The position numbers and the translations under genes were made by a program. DNA of 64,000 nt. Source: the human T2T-CHM13v2.0 reference genome, Homo sapiens. Each line of letters starts with the position of its first letter. The stretch's first letter is position 1. Of the stretch, positions 24,571 through 35,813 are shown piece after piece. The notes under the pieces were generated by a model. That model did not search any database. It was not told where the DNA came from and saw nothing but the letters and a program-made list of their open reading frames with translations. The stretch lies in NCBI RefSeq assembly GCF_009914755.1, contig NC_060925.1; one strand, 5' to 3'.

Positions 24571-27272
24571 TTTCTTCATATTCTGCTAGACAGAAGAAAT
24601 CTCAGTAACTTCCTTGTGTTGTGTTTATTCAACTCACAGAGTTGAATGATCCTTTACACAGAGCAGACTTGAAACACTCTTTTTGTGGAATTTGCAAGTG
24701 GAGATTTCAGCCGCTTTGAGGTCAATGGTAGAAAAGTAAATATCTTCGTATAAAGACTAGACAGAATGATTCTCAGAAACTCCTTTGTGATGTGTGCGTT
24801 CAACTCACAGAGTTTAACCTTTCTGTTCATAGAGCAGTTAGGAAACACTCTGTTTGTAAAGTCTGCAAGTGGATATTCAGACCTCCTTGAGGCCTTCGTT
24901 GGAAACGGGATTTCTTCATATTCTGCTAGACAGAAGAATTCTCAGTAACTTCCTTGTGTTGTGTGTATTCAACTCACAGAGTTGAACGATCCTTTACACA
25001 GAGCAGACTTGAAACACTCTTTTTGTGGAATTTGCAAGTGGAGATTTCAGCCGCTTTGAGGTCAATAGTAGAAAAGGAAATATCTTCGTAGAAAAACTAG
25101 ACAGAATGATTCTCAGAAACTCCTTTGTGATGTGTGTGTTCAACTCACAGAGTTTAACCTTTCTTTTCATAGAGCAGTTAGTAAACACTCTGTTTATAAA
25201 GTCTGCAAGTGGATATTCAGACCCCTTTGAGGCCTTCGTTGGAAACGGGATTTCTTCACATTATGCTAGACAGAAGAATTCTCAGTAACTTCCTTGTGTT
25301 GTGTGTATTCAACTGACAGAGTTGAACTTTCATTTAGAGAGAGCAGATTTGAAACACTGTTTTTGTGGAATTTGCAAGTGGAGATTTCAAGCGCTTTGGG
25401 GCCAAAGGCAGAAAAGGAAATATCTTCGTATAAAAACTAGACAGAATCATTCTCAGAAACTGCTGCGTGATGTGTGCGTTCAACTCTCAGAGTTTAACTT
25501 TTCTTTTCATTCAGCGGTTTGGAAACACTCTGTTTGTAAAGTCTGCACGTGGATATTTTGACCACTTAGAGGCCTTCGTTGGAAACGGGTTTTTTTCATG
25601 TAAGGCTAGACAGAAGAATTCCCAGTAACTTCCTTGTGTTGTGTGCATTCAACTCACAGAGTTGAACGTTCCCTTAGACAGAGCAGATTTGAAACACTCT
25701 ATTTGTGCAATTTGCAAGTGTAGATTTCAAGCGCTTTAAGGTCAACGGCAGAAAAGGAAATATCTTCGTTTCAAAACTAGACAGAATCATTCCCACAAAC
25801 TGCGTTGTGATGTGTTCGTTCAACTCACAGAGTTTAACCTTTCTGTTCATAGAGCAATTAGGAAACACTCTGTTTGTAAAGTCTGTAAGTGGATATTCTG
25901 ACATCTTGTGGCCTTCGTTGGAAACGGGATTTCTTCATATTCTGCTAGACAGAAGAATTCTCAGTAACTTCCTTGTGTTGTGTGTATTCAACTCACAGAG
26001 TTGAACGATCCTTTACACAGAGCAGACTTGAAACACTCTTTTTGTGGAATTTGCAAGTGGAGATTTCAGCCGCTTTGAGGTCAATGGTAGAATAGGAAAT
26101 ATCTTCTTATAGAAACTAGACAGAATGATTCTCATAAACTCCTTTGTGATGTGTGCGTTCAACTCACAGAGTTTAACCTTTCTTTTCATAGAGCAGTTAG
26201 GAAACACTCTGTTTGTAAAGTCTGCAAGTGGATATTCAGACCTCCTTGAGGCCTTCGTTGGAAACGGGATTTCTTCATATTCTGCTAGACAGAAGAATTC
26301 TCAGTAACTTCCTTGTGTTGTGTTTATTCAACTCACAGAGTTGAATGATCCTTTACACAGAGCAGACTTGAAACACTCTTTTTGTGGAATTTGCAAGTGG
26401 AGATTTCAGCCGCTTTGAAGTCAATGGTAGAAAAGTAAATATCTTCGTATAAAGACTAGACAGAATGATTCTCAGAAACTCCTTTGTGATGTGTGCGTTC
26501 AACTCACAGAGTTTAACCTTTCTGTTCATAGAGCAGTTAGGAAACACTCTGTTTGTAAAGTCTGTAAGTGGATATTCAGACCTCCTTGAGGCCTTCGTTG
26601 GAAACGGGATTTCTTCATATTCTGCTAGACAGAAGAATTCTCAGTAACTTCCTTGTGTTGTGTGTATTCAACTCACAGAGTTGAACGATCCTTTACACAG
26701 AGCAGACTTGAAACACTCTTTTTGTGGAATTTGCAAGTGGAGATTTCAGCCGCTTTGAGGTCAATGGTAGAAAAGGAAATATCTTCGTATAAAGACTAGA
26801 CAGAATGATTCTCATAAACTCCTTTGTGATGTGTGCGTTCAACTCACAGAGTTTAACTTTTCTTTTCATAGAGCAGTTAGGAAATACTCTGTTTGTAAAG
26901 TCTGCAAGTGGATATTCAGACCTCTTTGAGGCCTTCGTTGGAAACGGGATTTCTTCATATTATGCTAGACAGAATAATTCTCAGTAACTTCCTTGTTTTG
27001 TGTGTATTCAACTCACAGAGTTGAACGATCCTTTACACAGAGCAGACTTGAAACATTCTTTTTCTGGAATTTGCAAGTGGAGATTTCAGCCGCTTTGAGG
27101 TCAATGGTAGAATAGGAAATATCTTCCTATAGAAACTAGACAGAACGATTCTCAGAAACTCCTTTGTGATGTGTGCGTTCAACTCACAGAGTTTAACCTT
27201 TCTTTTCATAGAGCAGTTAGGAAACACTCTGTTTGTAAAGTCTGCAAGTCGATATTCAGACCTCTTTGAGGT

Positions 27273-27289
27273 CTTCTTTGGAAACGGGA
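27273..27289 (+). promoter_or_regulatory. Disrupted CENP-B box (TTCG>TTCT)
   Basis: cttctttggaaacggga; G>T at 27277. Confidence 0.85.
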
Positions 27290-30200
27290 TTTCTTCCTAT
27301 TCTGCTAGACAGAAGAATTCCCAGTAACTTCCTTGTGTTGTGTGCATTCAAGTCACAGAGTTGAACGTTCCCTTAGACAGAGCAGATTTGAAACACTCTA
27401 TTTGTGCAATCTCCAAGTGTAGATTTCAAGCGCTTTAAGGTCAACGGCAGAAAAGGAAATATCTTCGTTTCAAAACTAGACAGAATCATTCCCACAAACT
27501 GCGTTGTGATGTGTACGTTCAACTCACAGAGTTTAACCTTTCTGTTCATAGAGCAGTTAGGAAACACTCTGTTTGTAAAGTCTGTAAGTGGATATTCTGA
27601 CATCTTGTGGCCTTCGTTGGAAACGGGATTTCTTCATATTCTGCTAGACAGAAGAATTCTCAGTAACTTCCTTGTGTTGTGTGTATTCAACTCACAGAGT
27701 TGAACGATCCTTTACACAGAGCAGACTTGAAACACTCTTTTTGTGGAATTTGCAAGTGGAGATTTCAGCCGCTTTGAGGTCAATGGTAGAAAAGGAAACT
27801 ATCTTCATATAAAGACTAGACAGAATGATTCTCAGAAAATCTTTTGTGATGTGTGCGTTCAACTCACAGAGTTTAACTTTTCTTCTCATAGAGCAGTTAG
27901 GAAACACTCTGTTTGTAAAGTCTGCAAGTGGATATTCAGACCTCTTTGAGGCCTTCGTTGGAAACGGGATTTCTTCATATTATGCTAGACAGAATAATTC
28001 TCAGTAACTTCCTTGTGTTGTGTGTATTCAACTCACAGAGTTGAAGGATCCTTTACAGAGAGCAGGCTTGAAACACTCTTTTTGTCGAATTTGCAAGTGG
28101 AGATTTCAGCCGCTTTGAGGTCAATGGTAGAATAGGAAATATCTTCTTATAGAAACTAGACAGAATGATTCTCATAAACTCCTTTGTGATGTGTGCGTTC
28201 AACTCACAGAGTTTAACCTTTCTTTTCATAGAGCAGTTAGGAAACACTCTGTTTGTAAAGTCTGCAAGTGGATATTCAGACCTCCTTGAGGCCTTCGTTG
28301 GAAACGGGATTTCTTCATATTCTGCTAGACAGAAGAATTCTCAGTAACTTCCTTGTGTTGTGTGTATTCAACTCACAGAGTTGAACGATCCTTTACACAG
28401 AGCAGACTTGAAACACTCTTTTTGTGGAATTTGCAAGTGGAGATTTCAGCCGCTTTGAGGTCAATAGTAGAAAAGGAAATATCTTCGTAGAAAAACTAGA
28501 CAGAATGATTCTCAGAAACTCCTTTGTGATGTGTGTGTTCAACTCACAGAGTTTAACCTTTCTTTTCATAGAGCAGTTAGTAAACACTCTGTTTATAAAG
28601 TCTGCAAGTGGATATTCAGAACCCTTTGAGGCCTTCGTTGGAAACGGGATTTCTTCATATTACGCTAGACAGAAGAATTCTCAGTAACTTCCTTGTGTTG
28701 TGTGTATTCAACTGACAGAGTTGAACTTTCATTTAGAGAGAGCAGATTTGAAACACTGTTTTTGTGGAATTTGCAAGTGGAGATTTCAAGCGCTTTGGGG
28801 CCAAAGGCAGAAAAGGAAATATCTTCGTATAAAAACTAGACAGAATCATTCTCAGAAACTGCTGCGTGATGTGTGCGTTCAACTCTCAGAGTTTAACTTT
28901 TCTTTTCATTCAGCGGTTTGGAAACACTCTGTTTGTAAAGACTGCACGTGGATATTTTGACCACTTAGAGGCCTTCGTTGGAAACGGGTTTTCTTCATGT
29001 AAGGCTAGACAGAAGAATTCCCAGTAACTTCCTTGTGTTGTGTGCATTCAACTCACAGAGTTGAACGTTCCCTTAGACAGAGCAGATTTGAAACACTCTA
29101 TTTGTGCAATTTGCAAGTGTAGATTTCAAGCGCTTTAAGGTCAATGGCAGAAAAGGAAATTTCTTCGTTTCAAAACTAGACAGAATCATTCCCACAAACT
29201 GCGTTGTGATGTGTTCTTTCAACTCACAGAGTTTAACCTTTCTGTTCATAGAGCAGTTAGGAAACACTCTGTTTGTAAAGTCTGCAAGTGGATATTCAGA
29301 CCTCCTTGAGGCCTTCGTTGGAAACGGGATTTCTTCATATTCTGCTAGACAGAAGAATTCTCAGTAACTTCCTTGTGTTGTGTGTATTCAACTCACAGAG
29401 TTGAACGATCCTTCACACAGAGCAGACTTGAAACACTCTTTTTGTGGAATTTGCAAGTGGAGATTTCAGCCGCTTTGAGGTCAATGGTAGAAAAGGAAAT
29501 ATCTTCGTATAAAGACTAGACAGAATGATTCTCAGAAACTCCTTTGTGATGTGTGCGTTCAACTCACAGAGTTTAACCTTTCTGTTCATAGAGCAGTTAG
29601 GAAACACTCTGTTTGTAAAGTCTGCAAGTGGATATTCAGACCTCTTTGAGGCCTTCGTTGGAAACGGGATTTCTTCATATTCTGCTAGACAGAATAATTC
29701 TTAGTAACTTCCTTGTGTTGTGTGTATTCAACTCACAGAGTTGAACGATCCTTTACACAGAGCAGACTTGAAACATTCTTTTTGTGGAATTTGCAAGTGG
29801 AGATTTCAGCCGCTTTGAGGTCAATGGTAGAATAGGAAATATCTTCCTATAGAAACTAGACAGAACGATTCTCAGAAACTCCTTTGTGATGTGTGCGTTC
29901 AACTCACAGAGTTTAACCTTTCTTTTCATAGAGCAGTTAGGAAACACTCTGTTTGTAAAGTCTGCAAGTGGATATTCAGACCTCTTTGAGGACTTCGTTG
30001 GAAACGGGATTTCTCCCTATTCTGCTAGACAGAAGAATTCTCAGTAACTTCCTTGTGTTGTGTGTATTCAACTCACAGAGTTGAACGATCCTTTACACAG
30101 AGCAGACTTGAAACACTCTTTTTGTGGAATTTGCAAGTGGAGATTTCAGCCGCTTTGAGGTCAATAGTAGAAAAGGAAATATCTTCGTAGAAAAACTAGA

Positions 30201-30714
30201 CAGAATGATTCTCAGAAACTCCTTTGTGATGTGTGTGTTCAACTCACAGAGTTTAACCTTTCTTTTCATAGAGCAGTTAGTAAACACTCTGTTTATAAAG
30301 TCTGCAAGTGGATATTCAGACCCCTTTGAGGCCTTCGTTGGAAACGGGATTTCTTCATATTATGCTAGACAGAAGAATTCTCAGTAACTTCCTTGTGTTG
30401 TGTGTATTCAACTGACAGAGTTGAACTTTCATTTAGAGAGAGCAGATTTGAAACACTGTTTTTGTGGAATTTGCAAGTGGAGATTTCAAGCGCTTTGGGG
30501 CCAAAGGCAGAAAAGGAAATAACTTCGTATAAAAACTAGACAGAATCATTCTCAGAAACTGCTGCGTGATGTGTGCGTTCAACTCTCAGAGTTTAACTTT
30601 TCTTTTCATTCAGCGGTTTGGAAACACTCTGTTTGTAAAGTCTGCACGTGGATATTTTGACCACTTAGAGGCCTTCGTTGGAAACGGGTTTTTTTCATGT
30701 AAGGCTAGACAGAA

Positions 30715-31733
30715 GAATTCCCAGTAACTTCCTTGTGTTGTGTGCATTCAACTCACAGAGTTGAACGTTCCCTTAGACAGAGCAGATTTGAAACACTCTA
30801 TTTGTGCAATTTGCAAGTGTAGATTTCAAGCGCTTTAAGGTCAACGGCAGAAAAGGAAATATCTTCCTTTCAAAAATAGACAGAATCATTCCCACAAACT
30901 GCGTTGTGATGTGTTCGTTCAACTCACAGAGTTTAACCTTTCTGTTCATAGAGCAGTTAGGAAACACTCTGTTTGTAAAGTCTGTAAGTGGATATTCTGA
31001 CATCTTGTGGCCTTCGTTGGAAACGGGATTTCTTCATATTCTGCTAGACAGAAGAATTCTCAGTAACTTCCTTGTGTTGTGTGCATTCAACTCACAGAGT
31101 TGAACGATCCTTTACACAGAGCAGACTTGAAACACTCTTTTTGTGGAATTTGCAAGTGGAGATTTCAGCCGCTTTGAGGTCAATGGTAGAAAAGTAAATA
31201 TCTTCGTATAAAGACTAGACAGAATGATTCTCAGAAACTCCTTTGTGATGTGTGTGTTCAACTCACAGAGTTTAACCTTTCTTTTCATAGAGCAGTTAGT
31301 AAACACTCTGTTTATAAAGTCTGCAAGTGGATATTCAGACCCCTTTGAGGCCTTCGTTGGAAACGGGATTTCTTCATATTATGCTAGACAGAAGAATTCT
31401 CAGTAACTTCCTTGTGTTGTGTGTATTCAACTGACAGAGTTGAACTTTCATTTAGAGAGAGTAGTTTTGAAACACTGTTTTTGTGGAATTTGCAAGTGGA
31501 GATTTCAAGCGCTTTGGGGCCAAAGGCAGAAAAGGAAATGTCTTTGTATAAAAACTAGACAGAATCATTCTCAGAAACTGCTGCGTGATGTGTGCGTTCA
31601 ACTCTCAGAGTTTAACTTTTCTTTTCATTCAGCGGTTTGGAAACACTCTGTTTGTAAAGTCTGCACGTGGAAATTTTGACCACTTAGAGGCCTTCGTTGG
31701 AAACGGGTTTTTTTCATGTAAGGCTAGACAGAA
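30715..31733 (+). repeat. 6-mer HOR unit (F, C/D hybrid, E; 1019 bp)
   Basis: F starts at 30715 and 31734, 1019 bp apart. Confidence 0.88.
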
Positions 31734-34700
31734 GAATTCCCAGTAACTTCCTTGTGTTGTGTGCATTCAACTCACAGAGTTGAACGTTCCCTTAGACAGA
31801 GCAGATTTGAAACACTCTATTTGTGCAATTTGCAAGTGTAGTTTTCAAGCTCTTTATGGTCAACGGCAGAAAAGGAAATATCTTCGTTTCAAAACTAGAC
31901 AGAATCATTCCCACAAACTGCGTTGTGATGTGTTCGTTCAACTCACAGAGTTTAACCTTTCTGTTCATAGAGCAGTTAGGAAACACTCTGTTTGTAAAGT
32001 CTGTAAGTGGATATTCTGACATCTTGTGGCCTTCGTTGGAAACGGGATTTCTTCATATTCTGCTAGACAGAAGAATTCTCAGTAACTTCCTTGTGTTGTG
32101 TGTATTCAACTCACAGAGTTGAACGATCCTTTACACAGAGCAGACTTGAAACACTCTTTTTGTGGAATTTGCAAGTGGAGATTTCAGCCGCTTTGAGGTC
32201 AATGGTAGAAAAGGAAACTATCTTCATATAAAGACTAGACAGAATGATTCTCAGAAAATCTTTTGTGATGTGTGCGTTCAACTCACAGAGTTTAACTTTT
32301 CTTCTCATAGAGCAGTTAGGAAACACTCTGTTTGTAAAGTCTGCAAGTGGATATTCAGACCTCTTTGAGGCCTTCGTTGGAAACGGGATTTCTTCATATT
32401 CTGCTAGACAGAAGAATTCTCAGTAACTTCCTTGTGTTGTGTGTATTCAACTCACAGAGTTGAAGGATCCTTTACAGAGAGCAGGCTTGAAACACTCTTT
32501 TTGTCGAATTTGCAAGTGGAGATTTCAGCCGCTTTGAGGTCAATGGTAGAATAGGAAATATCTTCTTATAGAAACTAGACAGAATGATTCTCATAAACTC
32601 CTTTGTGATGTGTGCGTTCAACTCACAGAGTTTAACCTTTCTTTTCATAGAGCAGTTAGGAAACACTCTGTTTGTAAAGTCTGCAAGTGGATATTCAGAC
32701 CTCCTTGAGGCCTTCGTTGGAAACGGGATTTCTTCATATTCTGCTAGACAGAAGAATTCTCAGTAACTTCCTTGTGTTGTGTTTATTCAACTCACAGAGT
32801 TGAATGATCCTTTACACAGAGCAGACTTGAAACACTCTTTTTGTGGAATTTGCAAGTGGAGATTTCAGCCGCTTTGAGGTCAATGGTAGAAAAGTAAATA
32901 TCTTCGTATAAAGACTAGACAGAATGATTCTCAGAAACTCCTTTGTGATGTGTGCGTTCAACTCACAGAGTTTAACCTTTCTGTTCATAGAGCAGTTAGG
33001 AAACACTCTGTTTGTAAAGTCTGCAAGTGGATATTCAGACCTCCTTGAGGCCTTCGTTGGAAACGGGATTTCTTCATATTCTGCTAGACAGAAGAATTCT
33101 CAGTAACTTCCTTGTGTTGTGTGTATTCAACTCACAGAGTTGAACGATCCTTTACACAGAGCAGACTTGAAACACTCTTTTTGTGGAATTTGCAAGAGGA
33201 GATTTCAGCCGCTTTGAGGTCAATAGTAGAAAAGGAAACATCTTCGTAGAAAAACTAGACAGAATGATTCTCAGAAACTCCTTTGTGATGTGTGTGTTCA
33301 ACTCACAGAGTTTAACCTTTCTTTTCATAGAGCAGTTAGTAAACACTCTGTTTATAAAGTCTGCAAGTGGATATTCAGACCCCTTTGAGGCCTTCGTTGG
33401 AAACGGGATTTCTTCATATTATGCTAGACAGAAGAATTCTCAGTAACTTCCTTGTGTTGTGTGTATTCAACTGACAGAGTTGAACTTTCATTTGGAGAGA
33501 GCAGATTTGAAACACTGTTTTTGTGGAATTTGCAAGTGGAGATTTCAAGCGCTTTGGGGCCAAAGGCAGAAAAGGAAATATCTTCGTATAAAAACTAGAC
33601 AGAATCATTCTCAGAAACTGCTGCGTGATGTGTGCGTTCAACTCTCAGAGTTTAACCTTTCTTTTCATTCAGCGGTTTGGAAACACTCTGTTTGTAAAGT
33701 CTGCACGTGGATATTTTGACCACTTAGAGGCCTTCGTTGGAAACGGGTTTTTTTCATGTAAGGCTAGACAGAAGAATTCCCAGTAACTTCCTTGTGTTGT
33801 GTGCATTCAACTCACAGAGTTGAACGTTCCCTTAGACAGAGCAGATTTGAAACACTCTATTTGTGCAATTTGCAAGTGTAGTTTTCAAGCTCTTTAAGGT
33901 CAACGGCAGAAAAGGAAATATCTTCGTTTCAAAACTAGACAGAATCATTCCCACAAACTGCGTTGTGATGTGTTCGTTCAACTCACAGAGTTTAACCTTT
34001 CTGTTCATAGAGCAGTTAGGAAACACTCTGTTTGTAAAGTCTGTAAGTGGATATTCTGACATCTTGTGGCCTTCGTTGGAAACGGGATTTCTTCATATTC
34101 TGCTAGACAGAAGAATTCTCAGTAACTTCCTTGTGTTGTGTGTATTCAACTCACAGAGTTGAACGATCCTTTACACAGAGCAGACTTGAAACACTCTTTT
34201 TGTGGAATTTGCAAGTGGAGATTTCAGCCGCTTTGAGGTCAATGGTAGAAAAGGAAACTATCTTCATATAAAGACTAGACAGAATGATTCTCAGAAAATC
34301 TTTTGTGATGTGTGCGTTCAACTCACAGAGTTTAACTTTTCTTCTCATAGAGCAGTTAGGAAACACTCTGTTTGTAAAGTCTGCAAGTGGATATTCAGAC
34401 CTCTTTGAGGCCTTCGTTGGAAACGGGATTTCTTCATATTCTGCTAGACAGAAGAATTCTCAGTAACTTCCTTGTGTTGTGTGTATTCAACTCACAGAGT
34501 TGAAGGATCCTTTACAGAGAGCAGGCTTGAAACACTCTTTTTGTCGAATTTGCAAGTGGAGATTTCAGCCGCTTTGAGGTCAATGGTAGAATAGGAAATA
34601 TCTTCTTATAGAAACTAGACAGAATGATTCTCATAAACTCCTTTGTGATGTGTGCGTTCAACTCACAGAGTTTAACCTTTCTTTTCATAGAGCAGTTAGG

Positions 34701-35813
34701 AAACACTCTGTTTGTAAAGTCTGCAAGTGGATATTCAGACCTCCTTGAGGCCTTCGTTGGAAACGGGATTTCTTCATATTCTGCTAGACAGAAGAATTCT
34801 CAGTAACTTCCTTGTGTTGTGTTTATTCAACTCACAGAGTTGAATGATCCTTTACACAGAGCAGACTTGAAACACTCTTTTTGTGGAATTTGCAAGTGGA
34901 GATTTCAGCCGCTTTGAGGTCAATGGTAGAAAAGTAAATATCTTCGTATAAAGACTAGACAGAATGATTCTCAGAAACTCCTTTGTGATGTGTGCGTTCA
35001 ACTCACAGAGTTTAACCTTTCTGTTCATAGAGCAGTTAGGAAACACTCTGTTTGTAAAGTCTGCAAGTGGATATTCAGACCTCCTTGAGGCCTTCGTTGG
35101 AAACGGGATTTCTTCATATTCTGCTAGACAGAAGAATTCTCAGTAACTTCCTTGTGTTGTGTGTATTCAACTCACAGAGTTGAACGATCCTTTACACAGA
35201 GCAGACTTGAAACACTCTTTTTGTGGAATTTGCAAGAGGAGATTTCAGCCGCTTTGAGGTCAATAGTAGAAAAGGAAACATCTTCGTAGAAAAACTAGAC
35301 AGAATGATTCTCAGAAACTCCTTTGTGATGTGTGTGTTCAACTCACAGAGTTTAACCTTTCTTTTCATAGAGCAGTTAGTAAACACTCTGTTTATAAAGT
35401 CTGCAAGTGGATATTCAGACCCCTTTGAGGCCTTCGTTGGAAACGGGATTTCTTCATATTATGCTAGACAGAAGAATTCTCAGTAACTTCCTTGTGTTGT
35501 GTGTATTCAACTGACAGAGTTGAACTTTCATTTGGAGAGAGCAGATTTGAAACACTGTTTTTGTGGAATTTGCAAGTGGAGATTTCAAGCGCTTTGGGGC
35601 CAAAGGCAGAAAAGGAAATATCTTCGTATAAAAACTAGACAGAATCATTCTCAGAAACTGCTGCGTGATGTGTGCGTTCAACTCTCAGAGTTTAACCTTT
35701 CTTTTCATTCAGCGGTTTGGAAACACTCTGTTTGTAAAGTCTGCACGTGGATATTTTGACCACTTAGAGGCCTTCGTTGGAAACGGGTTTTTTTCATGTA
35801 AGGCTAGACAGAA
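31734..35813 (+). repeat. Two near-identical canonical 12-mer units (2040 bp each)
   Basis: F starts at 31734, 33774, 35814; ORF translations at offset 2040 are essentially identical. Confidence 0.9.
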
